The notes: generated from the sequence alone by a model not told the origin. A stretch of DNA of 64,000 nucleotides from Defluviitaleaceae bacterium (GCA_009779935.1 WRAX01000006.1:21748-85747); one strand, 5' to 3'; numbered from the stretch's first letter, positions 48,252 through 58,722 are shown. Numbers and translations: made by a program.

Positions 48252-48324
48252 GATTAGCACCTCATAATTAGTTTATAGTGCTATTATATCATATTTTGAA
48301 TACTATGTCCAGGGATAATTCCGT

Positions 48325-48879
48325 ATAATTTTAAGGGAAATTAGTCCAAGTAGTGGCAGAATTATGTATAAGGATACCCCTTTGGATGAAATTTCGCTAA
48401 ATTCATGGTATAAAAGTGTGGGGTATGTGGATCAAAAGGCAAATATAATCCCCGGAACACTTAGGGAGAATATTGAACTGGGAAACCCCAATGGCAAATA
48501 CAGTTTAACAGAAATTGCCAACACATTCAATTTGCACGATTTAGCAGAATCTATGGATGAGGTATTGCATGAGGATTTGGGAAATTTTTCTGGTGGAGAA
48601 CTTCAAAGAGTAGAGATTGCACGTGCTGTTTATAAAAACAGCGACATAATGCTTTTTGATGAGCCTTTATCAGCACTTGACCCCAAAAACGCCTTTTCTG
48701 TTGAAAGTTATTTGACCAAAATGGAGGGCAAGCTGGTTATAAATGTTTCACATCGCATAAACGAAAGCCTTTTAAGTGCATACGACAAGATAATGTTGTT
48801 AGACAAGGGGCGTGTACTATACTTTGACTCTTATTCCAAAGACCATAAGGGCATCTTAGGTGACTTTATAAAGGGCTAA
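48325..48879 (+). pseudogene. ABC exporter, C-terminal nucleotide-binding fragment
   Basis: The frame is open from the element end (IILREISPSSGRIMYKD...). It carries the signature FSGGELQRVEIARA and the Walker B block MLFDEPLSALD. Walker A and the end of the TMD are missing. Confidence 0.75.
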
Positions 48880-48906
48880 CCAGTAATTCCGCCATTTTAT
48901 TTCCAT

Positions 48907-48946
48907 AAAAAATAACGCCGGCATTTCGAGCCGGCGTTATTTTTTA
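48907..48946. terminator. bidirectional rho-independent terminator
   Basis: A 12-bp stem, aataacgccggc (48911-48922) with gccggcgttatt (48930-48941), flanked by an A-run and a T-run. Confidence 0.75.
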
Positions 48947-48993
48947 TAATATACTCAAATAGCATCTTGACGGGCTTCCTTATGGTATAATTG

Positions 48994-49704
48994 CTAATTT
49001 GCCCTTACATAGCTCCAAGCCATGCCTTCAACTTGCCGGCTTACAATCTCCAAAAATGGTCCGATGATTTCAAATGCCCAAATTTCGTTGTTTATATAGT
49101 TGGGATTGTCAAAACCAGGACCTGCAGTTAGGCGGATATATAAGCGGCCATCTTCTGTGTGCCAGTTAAAATACTCCATAACATCTCCTGGCACACCTCT
49201 ATCACCCGTACCATCTGTATGGAAAACATAACGCCAAATCGTAGCATTTGCCCATGCCCATGTGCCGATTAGGGGACTTTTGGTGGTATCAAGCATTACA
49301 ATGCCATCCTCAAAACCTACATGCACACCCAAGCTTTCAGCTATAAAGCGCAGGGGTACAAAAGTTCTGTCATTAACAATTGTGGGCGGCACATCAAGGG
49401 GGATATTGCGCCCATTACCTATGGCATATTGGTAATTAACCCTCAATACAAATTCCACACCAGCGGGATTGGTGTAGTAAACTTGGCGTAAAGCCCCGTC
49501 CCAACCCACTTGGATGCCCATCATTTGGGCAATGGCATGGAATGGCACCATGGTGCGCCCGTCCTCTATAAACGGCTGGGTCTCAAACTGCACAGGTTGC
49601 CCATCCAGCCTAACTTGTACATTGGCATAGGCCATCACACCGCCCAAAACTACTGCTAAGCCTGTTATCATTAGGCTTGTTAATAATTTCCTAAACATTT
49701 TCAC
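48994..49704 (-). CDS. secreted protein with copper-amine-oxidase-N-terminal-like domains and a lipocalin-like C-terminal domain
   Basis: Signal peptide. IEDGRTMVPFHAIAQMMGIQVGWDG and VNDRTFVPLRFIAESLGVHVGFEDG repeats. Confidence 0.75.
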   Translation of the reverse strand: MKMFRKLLTSLMITGLAVVLGGVMAYANVQVRLDGQPVQFETQPFIEDGRTMVPFHAIAQMMGIQVGWDGALRQVYYTNPAGVEFVLRVNYQYAIGNGRNIPLDVPPTIVNDRTFVPLRFIAESLGVHVGFEDGIVMLDTTKSPLIGTWAWANATIWRYVFHTDGTGDRGVPGDVMEYFNWHTEDGRLYIRLTAGPGFDNPNYINNEIWAFEIIGPFLEIVSRQVEGMAWSYVRAN

Positions 49705-49774
49705 AACTCACCACTCCTTTGTGTATAATAATACGCCACCTGCCCCTGATTGTCAAGGGGTAAGTGGCGTATTA

Positions 49775-49951
49775 TTAGTCCTCACAAAGCATAAGTGCGG
49801 CCATCAAAAGCACCAAGTCGCTTTGGTCGGGTTTGGATGGTGATTTAGTGCTTGGGTAAGGGTTTTGGCTTGGCATTGGTGTTTGGGTCTTTGGTTGGTT
49901 GCTAAAATACCTGTAAAAAGGCTCGGGTATGTTTGCCGTATCGATTTTGGA
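49775..49951 (-). CDS. possible small membrane protein
   Basis: MSKIDTANIPEPFYRYF... with a C-terminal hydrophobic stretch. A hairpin at 49727-49777 follows it. Support is weak. Confidence 0.25.
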   Translation of the reverse strand, partial: SKIDTANIPEPFYRYFSNQPKTQTPMPSQNPYPSTKSPSKPDQSDLVLLMAALMLCED

Positions 49952-50024
49952 CATAATCCACCTCAAAATAACTGTATAACCCATATTATGCGTCCACACA
50001 GGCAGATATTATCGGCACAGATAT

Positions 50025-50636
50025 CTAACTGCCAAAATCCTCCAACGCACGCATAAGTTCTTCATTGCCCGTTACGGATATGCCTTTTTCCAACCTCACC
50101 TGCTCCTCTTGTGCAAGGGTGTGTATTGGTCGGTTTGTCAACTCTTTAATACTGCGTTGGTCATTATCATAAAAAACAGCAACAAAGCCTTCGTGGGCAG
50201 AAATGATGAACTTGCGGTGCTCCAACGCATCATTTTGGCGCAAATGCACCTGCTCGGATGTGAAGGATAGTATGCGCCAGTCCACAAACATGCTTGCCAC
50301 ATCATCCCTGCTTTTACCTAACAGTATGGGGGATGGCACCTCCTCAAAACGCTCAAAGGTGCTGGTTGCGGGGTCATAATATTCATACACCATCACGGTG
50401 GCAAGGGAAATGCGAATTATTCCGTCATCGTCATGGTTTTCATGGTTTAACATCTCGAATTGCGGGACTTGGACGGCTTCTCCCGTTTCGCCATCTTCTT
50501 CTACATCTTCATAAGCGGTATAAGGGTCATAAAATGGGGAATTGCCCGCAACCAGCGAATATGCCAGCACCGATGCCACCCCCACCGATGCCGCAATCAT
50601 GATGATTAATAGGGTGTATGCCACTTTCTTTCTCAT
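50025..50636 (-). CDS. membrane-anchored protein with a BofC-C-terminal-like domain
   Basis: N-terminal TM segment. The C-terminal pattern HEGFVAVFYDNDQRSIKELTNRPIHTLAQEEQVRLEKGISVTGNEELMRALEDFGS resembles BofC-type domains (from memory). The ATG at 50636 follows AGGAAGTGA. Confidence 0.55.
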   Translation of the reverse strand: MRKKVAYTLLIIMIAASVGVASVLAYSLVAGNSPFYDPYTAYEDVEEDGETGEAVQVPQFEMLNHENHDDDGIIRISLATVMVYEYYDPATSTFERFEEVPSPILLGKSRDDVASMFVDWRILSFTSEQVHLRQNDALEHRKFIISAHEGFVAVFYDNDQRSIKELTNRPIHTLAQEEQVRLEKGISVTGNEELMRALEDFGS

Positions 50637-50690
50637 AAAAATCACTTCCTAAATGGGGTTTTTAGGAAGTGTTTCCAGTTTTTGGTGTTG

Positions 50691-51965
50691 TTATACATTT
50701 TCCAATTCATCTAATCCGTCGGACATTGCAGTTGTGCCATGGTTTTTATCAGTTTCGATAAGCTTACCTGCCTTTGCCACATATTCATCCATCATTTGGG
50801 CAATAATTTCCCCATCCTTGCCGGGGCTTCTCTTTAACGCCGTTAGCACATCCCAAATTTGCCCACTTCTTGTATCCAGCCGTTTTAGGCTGGTTTCGAT
50901 AAGCAACTTCTCCTTGGACAAATCCTCGTGAAAGGCCAACTTATCGTCAATATTAAGGGTGGATGCAAATTTTTCTATGCTGGAATAATTCCTGTCCATG
51001 CCCTTATCCCGCAGAAAAAAGTCAATGGCAGCTTCTGTTTGCGTCATAATATCCCTTAGGGAATCCAGACGCTTGGTTAGGAATTTATAGTTATTATAAT
51101 CCTCCAAATTGTTTTCCAGCATTTGGGAATTGCGCACCTTGTACTTGCGGTATTCGTAATTCAGGTAATTGGTGAAATGGGCGTAATTAGCGATTTTTTT
51201 GTTAAGTAGCGTAACCGCTCTTGCTTGTTTTTTAGCATTCATCCTTAACTCATAACGCAATTTTTGGCGCAGGGAGTATAGAAGACCCGCAATTATGATA
51301 ATAAACACCAGCATTCCCGACAAAATTAATATTGTGTTGATATTGTGCACGGCATACAAAAACACCAAAACAAGGCATGCTGCCGCAAAAAACAGCACAA
51401 TGGCAATGGCAAATTTATAAAGAAAGTCGGTGGCGTTGGCCAGCCTTTCTTTGGCGTGCCCCAGCACCATTTTTTCGCCTTCCAAGTAACTGATGTCCTT
51501 TTTGAACATCCTTTGCCGCTCTTCGGCAAACTTAATTTCGGGTACGGCATTTTCAGCGGATTGTTGCAGTTTGTCCAGGTCGCTAAGTCCGGCATCAAAA
51601 TTGGTAACTTGGTATTTTAGGGAATTGCTTTCACGGGACATATTGGTATACCTGTCCAACAAATCCCGCAAATCCTCCACCTCTTCTTTGGAAAGTTTGC
51701 CATAGGCGGCAACCTCCTCCATGCGCCCTTCCACATCTTTTAGGCGGTTTATAAGCACAATGCGGTCGGATACGATGTTTAACGCCTCGTCACACAAAGC
51801 GGCGGCATTTACCGCATTTTCCTGCCTGCCTGCCTGCTCCACAAATTCGCTGAAACTGCTGGGTTTTTCACCCTCCTGCTCCATGCGTTTAAGGGGATAC
51901 AGCTTGTTAATAAAGTCCAAAAAGCGGTTAAATACACCCACCTTGGGCTTTTTCTCCCTAAACAT
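50691..51965 (-). CDS. hypothetical membrane protein with coiled-coil regions
   Basis: 424 aa with two central TM segments flanked by helical, charged regions. GAAGGTGA RBS. Confidence 0.65.
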   Translation of the reverse strand: MFREKKPKVGVFNRFLDFINKLYPLKRMEQEGEKPSSFSEFVEQAGRQENAVNAAALCDEALNIVSDRIVLINRLKDVEGRMEEVAAYGKLSKEEVEDLRDLLDRYTNMSRESNSLKYQVTNFDAGLSDLDKLQQSAENAVPEIKFAEERQRMFKKDISYLEGEKMVLGHAKERLANATDFLYKFAIAIVLFFAAACLVLVFLYAVHNINTILILSGMLVFIIIIAGLLYSLRQKLRYELRMNAKKQARAVTLLNKKIANYAHFTNYLNYEYRKYKVRNSQMLENNLEDYNNYKFLTKRLDSLRDIMTQTEAAIDFFLRDKGMDRNYSSIEKFASTLNIDDKLAFHEDLSKEKLLIETSLKRLDTRSGQIWDVLTALKRSPGKDGEIIAQMMDEYVAKAGKLIETDKNHGTTAMSDGLDELENV

Positions 51966-51991
51966 GGTTCACCTTCTTTCGTATAATTTCA

Positions 51992-53446
51992 TCATTGCCT
52001 TTCTCTAATTGTAATATTACCCCAAAGGTTTAACTGCGCTTCGTAATATGGGTTGGTAACTTCCAAAGTCCATGTAGGTGCCGTTACAGTTAGGCCGTCC
52101 TCGCTTATATAGAGATTATCATAGCACTTCACAGAAAGGCCGGCATTTGGGTAAAATTCGGGACTAATAAAGCCGTTGTTTGTATACAGCCGCCAGTTGG
52201 GGCTGGCACTGACAAATTGACCATAAAACACCAAGAATCTCCCAAGGGGGCCGCCAGCCACCCAAAAGCTTTCGACATGAATTGTATCCTCTATAAAATT
52301 ATCCCCGGTAATGGTCATTCTATCTCCCCGCACAAAAACCTCTGCGGCTTGCTGCATTATTATAAATTCTTCCACCCACGCCCGCTGGCCGGGCGCTATT
52401 TCCCAATAGCCCCAAAGCTCCAAATCCAGCTGGTCAAAAGGTGTTGTTTCTATGCCCAAAGCCTCTTTAAGCAACCCTCCCAAGTCGGTTGCAAAGGTTA
52501 AGTTTTGCCACCATTCCGTGCCGGTATCCCGTAGTAACAGGGCATACATGGCCCCCGTAAAATAAGGAAAGATAGTGTTTAGACCTGTGGTTTCCATTCT
52601 TTCAAGTATCATGGCTTCATATCTGGCAAGAAATTCATCTATATCTTCAAAAACCAAAAATTCCGTAAAAGACGCTAACCCTTCGTTAATCTCCTGGGCA
52701 TTTTCGTTGCGGGCGGCCTGGGGATGGGCGTTTCTGCGATGTTCCCTAATGGACAGGGCATCATGTATAGCCGCCATCCTCTCGCCCCCTTGCGTGCGCA
52801 AAGCTGTTGCCAAAGCCTTAATCTCCATTAACACGGCAATGCGGGCATCCGCCGAATGGTTCATAAAGTCCAAAGATTGGTCGATATTTGGCAACCAGCC
52901 CCCTCTGACAACCTGCGGGTTTTGTATGGCGTGAAAAGCCTCATGCAGCATTAGGATAAGGGCATCCCTATATCCGTCTGCCAAGATTTCATAAAAATCT
53001 GGTTGCCAACTTACCATACCCCATGTACGACCGGCAAAAACCTGGGCGGTGTGGCTGATGAAGACGTTGTCGGGCAAAATGCCCACATAAACATTGCCTT
53101 GCCGTTGAAAGCCTGCGGTGGCCGCCACAGGAGGCCGGTTGGTTACGGCGTGGCGGGTTAAGGGGTCGGCGATCATCAATGGGGCATCAAGCCTAAGGCC
53201 GAATAATTCCCCGTCATCCTCGTCCCAAATGGCTTGTACTTGGGCAAACAAACCGGCTGCCGCATCCAGGGGGATGGATGGCTCAAAATCAAGCACCGCA
53301 TCCTCTGGCTCGGATGTATAGCCCTCCGTAACTTCATCCGCCCCATAGTCATAATCATATTCTTCATAATAATCCACTTGCCCGCCCCAGGCCGCCATAA
53401 AAACCAAGGCAATACCCAATAAAAGCAAGCTTATAATTTTCTTCAT
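51992..53446 (-). CDS. secreted hypothetical protein with an HExxH motif (putative zinc metallopeptidase)
   Basis: Signal peptide MMKKIISLLLLGIALVFMAA. MLHEAFHAIQ with a downstream INEGLASFTEF. The start overlaps the dcd stop. Confidence 0.6.
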   Translation of the reverse strand: MKKIISLLLLGIALVFMAAWGGQVDYYEEYDYDYGADEVTEGYTSEPEDAVLDFEPSIPLDAAAGLFAQVQAIWDEDDGELFGLRLDAPLMIADPLTRHAVTNRPPVAATAGFQRQGNVYVGILPDNVFISHTAQVFAGRTWGMVSWQPDFYEILADGYRDALILMLHEAFHAIQNPQVVRGGWLPNIDQSLDFMNHSADARIAVLMEIKALATALRTQGGERMAAIHDALSIREHRRNAHPQAARNENAQEINEGLASFTEFLVFEDIDEFLARYEAMILERMETTGLNTIFPYFTGAMYALLLRDTGTEWWQNLTFATDLGGLLKEALGIETTPFDQLDLELWGYWEIAPGQRAWVEEFIIMQQAAEVFVRGDRMTITGDNFIEDTIHVESFWVAGGPLGRFLVFYGQFVSASPNWRLYTNNGFISPEFYPNAGLSVKCYDNLYISEDGLTVTAPTWTLEVTNPYYEAQLNLWGNITIRERQ

Positions 53447-53976
53447 CACTTCGCATCCTTATAAATTTGGCTGGCCTGCACCCCTGTGTTTTTTTGATAC
53501 TTGCCTTGATAGGGGATATAGTCCCCTTCGATTTTGTGGTAATAAATCTGGCAAATGCGCTCGTTTGGATAAATTTTAACGGGGTGCAGGGTGTGTATTT
53601 CCAGCGTCCAATACCCCGAAAAGCCCACATCGCCAAAGCCTGCTGTAACATGGATGCTTACCCCAAGGCGGCCGACGGACGAGCGGCCTTCCAGCATTGG
53701 CACATAACCATGGGTTTCGGTAAATTCCACGGTGCTACCTAAATAAAGCTTGCCGGGCTCCAGGATAAAGCCATCCTCCGGGATGACAATTTCTTCTGTG
53801 GGTGTTTCTGTATGCATATCCAAATACCCTACTTTGCTTAGGTCATACACTTGCAAAATATTGTTTAAGCGCAAATCATAGCTGTTTGGCCCTACCCTGC
53901 TGCCATCAAATGGCTTGATTATGATGTCCTTACCTTCCTCGGCAAGGCGTTTTATTTCCAATCCTGATAAAATCAT
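53446..53976 (-). CDS. dcd: dCTP deaminase
   Basis: MILSGLEIKRL...PNSYDLRL...EGRSSVGRLGV pattern. The ATG at 53976 follows GGGGGAAAA. The first 20 codons of the track ORF are unlikely to be translated. Confidence 0.9.
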   Translation of the reverse strand: MILSGLEIKRLAEEGKDIIIKPFDGSRVGPNSYDLRLNNILQVYDLSKVGYLDMHTETPTEEIVIPEDGFILEPGKLYLGSTVEFTETHGYVPMLEGRSSVGRLGVSIHVTAGFGDVGFSGYWTLEIHTLHPVKIYPNERICQIYYHKIEGDYIPYQGKYQKNTGVQASQIYKDAK

Positions 53977-53986
53977 GGTTTTCCCC

Positions 53987-54577
53987 CTAAAAATCAATAT
54001 CTTCAAAAATTTCCCGCACATCCACAACAAAATCATTAAACAGGGAAACTTTGAATGTATATATAATTGCGTCCAGCTCTTCTTGGGTGCGCTCTGCTAA
54101 CCAAGCTTCCTCATGGGAGGTGTAAATGCCTGCCAGGACATATTTTCCATCCACAAGGTGGAACACATCAACAGTGTAGTTGTGAACATCAACAATCCAA
54201 TATTCTTTTACCCCGCACCTTTCGTAAAGATTTTTCTTGTAGTTTTTGTCGTTGGAGGCAGTGGATGGCGACAGTACCTCCACAATAAGGTCGGGTGCGC
54301 CGTGGATGCCGTTTTTCTTGATAATATCCCTATTGCACACTATCATGGCATCCGGGATAACCGTGTCATCTTCTGTTAAGAAAACATCAACCCCATCCCC
54401 AAAAGGTGTGCACGGCTTGCCTTTTAAGTGCCGTTTGAATATGGATGCGATGCTCAAGCTAACCAAACCGTGATAAACACACGCACTGGGAGACATTAGG
54501 TGGATAACCCCATCTAATTTTTCCTTGCGACGGATTTCCTTAAAACCATTTGGAAATTGATGTGCTAAGTTTGACAT
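53987..54577 (-). CDS. Uma2-family (DUF820) endonuclease
   Basis: The PDAMIVC...APDLIVEVLSPST...D...K...Y...GVKEYWIVD core is typical Uma2. AAGGAGGA RBS 12 nt after the uvrA stop. Confidence 0.8.
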   Translation of the reverse strand: MSNLAHQFPNGFKEIRRKEKLDGVIHLMSPSACVYHGLVSLSIASIFKRHLKGKPCTPFGDGVDVFLTEDDTVIPDAMIVCNRDIIKKNGIHGAPDLIVEVLSPSTASNDKNYKKNLYERCGVKEYWIVDVHNYTVDVFHLVDGKYVLAGIYTSHEEAWLAERTQEELDAIIYTFKVSLFNDFVVDVREIFEDIDF

Positions 54578-54589
54578 TTCAAGTCCTCC

Positions 54590-57418
54590 TTACTTCAAAA
54601 CCTTTTTCAAATACTTGCCTGTATAAGACTTGCGGCTTTTCGCCACCTGCTCCGGTGTGCCTTGGGCGATTACCATGCCGCCGCCGCCGCCGCCCTCGGG
54701 GCCTAAGTCAATAATATGGTCGGCAGTTTTAATAACATCCAGGTTATGCTCTATAACAATAACAGAATTCCCTCCATCCGTCAAGGCATGCAGTATATCT
54801 ACCAACTTGTGTACATCAGCCATATGTAGGCCTGTTGTTGGCTCGTCCAGCACATAAATGGTGCGGCCTGTACTGCGGCGGGAAAGCTCTGTTGCCAGCT
54901 TTACCCTTTGGGCCTCTCCCCCCGAAAGGGTTGTGGAGGATTGGCCCAGCTTTACATAGGACAAGCCCACATCCACCAGCGTTTGGATTTTATCCCGCAG
55001 GCGTGGTAGGTTCTCAAAAAAGGCATGGGCTCGCTCTACGGTCATATCAAGCACATCGGCTATGGTTGCGCCTTTATATTTAACTTCCAGCGTCTCCCGG
55101 TTGTAGCGTTTGCCGCCGCAAACCTCGCAGGGCACAAAAATATCAGGCAAAAAGTGCATTTCTATTTTAATTATGCCGTCACCACTGCATGCTTCGCAAC
55201 GCCCACCCTTTACATTAAAAGAGAAGCGGCCTTTTTGGTACCCTCTCACCTTCGCCTCCGGTACTTGTGCAAAAATATCACGGATAAGGTCAAAAAGCCC
55301 TGTGTATGTGGCGGGGTTACTGCGTGGCGTACGCCCGATGGGGCTTTGGTCAATATTTATTACTTTATCAAGATGCTCTTGCCCTGTCAACTCCTCATGC
55401 TTGCCCGGTTTGCCTTTGGCACGGTTTAAGTCCCTTGCAAGGCGCTTGTACAGCACTTGGTTTATAAGTGAACTTTTACCCGAGCCACTAACCCCCGTAA
55501 TTGCCACAAAAAGCCCAAGGGGAATATCCACATCCAATTTCTTCAAATTGTTTTCGGTTGCCCCTGTTATGCACAGTTTTTTATCGGTGGGCTGGCGGCG
55601 TTGCTTTGGCACTTCAATAGCCAATCTGCCGCTCATATACGCCCCTGTAACACTATTTTCGTCCTTTAACATATCCGCAACCGTGCCGGAAAACACAATT
55701 TCGCCGCCGTGGCAGCCTGCGCCCGGGCCAATGTCCACAATATGGTCAGCTTCCCGCATGGTATCCTCGTCATGCTCCACCACAATAAGGGTATTTCCCA
55801 AGTCCCGCAGGTGTTTTAAGGTTTTTAGCAGTTTATCATTATCCCGCTGGTGCAGGCCGATAGATGGCTCGTCCAAAATATAAACAACGCCCACAAGCCC
55901 GGAGCCAATTTGGGTTGCAAGTCGTATGCGCTGGGCTTCGCCCCCGGAAAGCGTTGCCGCCGCCCGTGCCAGTGTCAAATAATCCAAGCCAACATCCACC
56001 AAAAAACCTGCACGGGCTTTGATTTCTTTGAGGATAAGCTCCACAATGGCAGCTTGATGGGGTGTTAGCGACAATTCACGGAAGAATTGAGCTAGCTCTC
56101 CCACAGGCATGGTGGTAATATCTGTAATATTAACCCCGCCGACGGTAACTGCCAAAATCTCCTCCCGCAGGCGTTTGCCACGGCATGCCGGGCATTCGAT
56201 ATTCGTGATAAAGGCTTCGTATTGCTGTTTGGCATATTCGCTGTGGGTATCTTTGTACCGCCGTGCCAAATTGTTCACAAGCCCTTCCCATTGGTGCATA
56301 AAAACACGGGGTTGGCCCCTTGTGTCAGTATATTCTACCGGAAATGTTTCATCCGTGCCGTACAAAATAACACTGCGTGCCTCGATGGGCAGGCTTTTGA
56401 ATGGCACAAGCAGGCTAAACCCAAAATGTTTGGAAAGGTGCAAAAAGGCATTACCACCCCATGTGCCGCTTTTGCTGGCCTGGTTGTAGCCCGGTGCCGT
56501 AATCGCCCCTGCCTGTATGGAAATATCAGGGTTTGGCACAATAAGCTCCGGGTCAAATTCCATCTTAAAGCCAAGGCCGGCGCATTCGCCACAAGCCCCT
56601 TGTGGGTTGTTAAACGAAAACATGCGTGGCTCTATGCTGGACAGGGATATGCCATGGTCGGGACAGGCAAAATTTTGGGAAAAGCTCAAATCCCCCTTGC
56701 CTTCCACATCCACAAGCATTGTACCGTCAGTCAATGCCATCACCGTCTCTACCGACTGGGACAAGCGGGCCTCAATCCCCTCTTTCACCGCAATTCTGTC
56801 CACCACAACCTCGATGTTGTGCCGCTTGTTTTTATCAAGTTTAATTTCATCGGCCAGCTCCATTACTTGACCATTTACACGCACACGGGCATAGCCATTG
56901 CGCTTTGCCTCCTCCAACACCTTTTGGTGCTCGCCTTTGCGGTCCCGCACCACAGGGGCAAGCAGCTGTATGCGGCTGCCTTCCTCCAAATCCAAAATCT
57001 TATCCACAATTTGGTCAATGGTTTGGCGCACAATCTCCTTGCCGCATTTTGGGCAATGGGGCGTGCCAACACGGGCATACAGCAAACGCAAATAATCATA
57101 AATCTCCGTCACCGTACCCACGGTAGAGCGGGGGTTTTGGTTCGTGCTCTTCTGGTCAATGGAAATGGCGGGGGAAAGCCCTTCAATACTGTCCACATCA
57201 GGCTTTTCCATTTGCCCCAGAAACTGGCGGGCATAACTGGACAAGCTCTCCATATACCTGCGCTGCCCCTCAGCATATAGGGTCTCAAAAGCCAAGCTGG
57301 ACTTGCCCGACCCCGAAACCCCTGTAAACACCACCATGGCATCCCTTGGTATCTCCAAATCCACATTTTTTAAGTTGTTTTCTCTTGCACCTTTAATTAT
57401 AATTTTGTTTTTTGACAT
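54590..57418 (-). CDS. uvrA: excinuclease ABC subunit A
   Basis: 942 aa with two ABC modules (GVSGSGKSS twice, LSGGEAQR twice) and zinc fingers. Confidence 0.97.
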   Translation of the reverse strand: MSKNKIIIKGARENNLKNVDLEIPRDAMVVFTGVSGSGKSSLAFETLYAEGQRRYMESLSSYARQFLGQMEKPDVDSIEGLSPAISIDQKSTNQNPRSTVGTVTEIYDYLRLLYARVGTPHCPKCGKEIVRQTIDQIVDKILDLEEGSRIQLLAPVVRDRKGEHQKVLEEAKRNGYARVRVNGQVMELADEIKLDKNKRHNIEVVVDRIAVKEGIEARLSQSVETVMALTDGTMLVDVEGKGDLSFSQNFACPDHGISLSSIEPRMFSFNNPQGACGECAGLGFKMEFDPELIVPNPDISIQAGAITAPGYNQASKSGTWGGNAFLHLSKHFGFSLLVPFKSLPIEARSVILYGTDETFPVEYTDTRGQPRVFMHQWEGLVNNLARRYKDTHSEYAKQQYEAFITNIECPACRGKRLREEILAVTVGGVNITDITTMPVGELAQFFRELSLTPHQAAIVELILKEIKARAGFLVDVGLDYLTLARAAATLSGGEAQRIRLATQIGSGLVGVVYILDEPSIGLHQRDNDKLLKTLKHLRDLGNTLIVVEHDEDTMREADHIVDIGPGAGCHGGEIVFSGTVADMLKDENSVTGAYMSGRLAIEVPKQRRQPTDKKLCITGATENNLKKLDVDIPLGLFVAITGVSGSGKSSLINQVLYKRLARDLNRAKGKPGKHEELTGQEHLDKVINIDQSPIGRTPRSNPATYTGLFDLIRDIFAQVPEAKVRGYQKGRFSFNVKGGRCEACSGDGIIKIEMHFLPDIFVPCEVCGGKRYNRETLEVKYKGATIADVLDMTVERAHAFFENLPRLRDKIQTLVDVGLSYVKLGQSSTTLSGGEAQRVKLATELSRRSTGRTIYVLDEPTTGLHMADVHKLVDILHALTDGGNSVIVIEHNLDVIKTADHIIDLGPEGGGGGGMVIAQGTPEQVAKSRKSYTGKYLKKVLK

Positions 57419-57728
57419 TTTATCCTCGCTTTATAATTCCTTATGTTCTGTTTGTTGTGAGTATTGCGACCATATTACATCTCCCAATTATGGTCATAGC
57501 AAACAAGGCTTCGGAAGCAAAAACCACCGACGGCAGTTCGCATATATCAACACATTCTTCGCCCATGCGTTCAAAAAACAGGCTTTGCACTCCCACAATG
57601 CTGGTCATAACATGTCACCCCAAGTCATTTCTGCCCAAAATCAAATCTATCAGTCGGCTCTTCCTCCACTTTATCAAAGTACCTAATAACAGTATCATGC
57701 TTTTGCGTTTACCAAGCCCCACACCCCT

Positions 57729-58232
57729 TTAATATCCTATCAGCAAAATCCCCTTTAATGGCAATTGAATCCTACCCGACAAATAGAGGGTTTCCAAAAA
57801 CCTGTACACTTTTTCAAAATCACGTTTTCCAAGATACACATTTCGCACTGCCAAAACAAGATATTCCACACCATGCATCAAACAGGCTTGGAAGATATCT
57901 TTAAGAAAGGCATTGTTGTCCACCGCTCGCCCCGCCTCAACTTCGATAACTATCCTACCGTCCGCACTCCAAGCATCGGCGTTATACTCCATATCAATGC
58001 TATTGTTGCGACCGAACAGTACGGGCACTCTAATTTTCTGGTCAACACTTTTGCCTTTTTCAACACGAAACCCGAGGCCCTCAAAAGACGCTTCCAGAAC
58101 CTTCAAAACACCATCACTTTTTAGGTCGCTTTCCGGCGATTTTATAACATCCTTCACTTCTTCAAAGCATTTCACAATGGATACCAAATCATCAGGCATC
58201 CCTTGTGATCGTGGAAACAGCTGGTAATTCAT
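57729..58232 (-). CDS. hypothetical protein with a restriction-endonuclease-like core (BglII/BamHI-like D...ExE pattern)
   Basis: The NADAWSADGRIVIEVEAGRAVDNNAFLKDIF...VEYLVLAV pattern resembles DxD...VEVQF...NN... of BglII-type enzymes (from memory). AAGGGAG RBS. AT-rich. Confidence 0.6.
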   Translation of the reverse strand: MNYQLFPRSQGMPDDLVSIVKCFEEVKDVIKSPESDLKSDGVLKVLEASFEGLGFRVEKGKSVDQKIRVPVLFGRNNSIDMEYNADAWSADGRIVIEVEAGRAVDNNAFLKDIFQACLMHGVEYLVLAVRNVYLGKRDFEKVYRFLETLYLSGRIQLPLKGILLIGY

Positions 58233-58464
58233 GTCCGCACTCCCTTTTTAACATTAAAGTTCTATCTCGCCACTGCACTACCCGCCCAAAGCGCAAATCC
58301 ACAGCTCAACCTTGCTTCGTGTCTTTTTGCAAAGATTTGATGTGGCTGACAGTCGTCATTTTGCCAAACCACTTTCAACATCGTCAAAATTCAATTTATA
58401 CTTTATTCTATATGTGTTAATCATTAAATTTTCTGTAAGTACTACATTCGCCTTTATTTTCAGG

Positions 58465-58722
58465 TTACTTGGCTTGTTTATGGCTTCTCAACCTATTCTT
58501 GGCTGCACTTATTTGGTAAAACGAGACTTTGACAAGTCGTTGATTGCCTTTATTAAATAGCTCCACAAATTTAATGCCATCAAAATCACTAGGTACAAAG
58601 GGTATATCCAACCTGTCATTTCCGGCATAAATACGAATTTTGCCACATATTATCACAAGGTCATTTTTTACCTTTGTGTGGGCAACAGCCACAGCTCGAC
58701 GGACATCAATCTCTACCGTCAA
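58465..58722 (-). CDS. hypothetical 85-aa ORF (TTG start), possibly the out-of-frame body of a frameshifted gene
   Basis: A strong AAGGGGGA RBS and ATG at about 58751 open a 9-codon ORF (MTTVEVAVV*) in another frame, directly upstream. Confidence 0.3.
   Translation of the reverse strand: MTVEIDVRRAVAVAHTKVKNDLVIICGKIRIYAGNDRLDIPFVPSDFDGIKFVELFNKGNQRLVKVSFYQISAAKNRLRSHKQAK

Larger units (their letters stand above)
46188..48322. mobile_element. 2.1-kb IS1595-type element with 22-bp terminal inverted repeats, a frameshifted transposase and passenger genes
   Basis: IRL is ggaattatcccttgacatagta (46188-46209). IRR is tactatgtccagggataattcc (48301-48322). They match at 21 of 22 positions as a reverse complement. 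The transposase sits at the right end. Confidence 0.7.

Noticed and set aside
55110-57280. Plus-strand ORFs of 257 and 352 aa inside uvrA, and a 320-aa ORF at 61108-62070 over uvrB
   Set aside because: They are antisense to unmistakable uvrA and uvrB coding sequence. They have no RBSs and no recognisable motifs.
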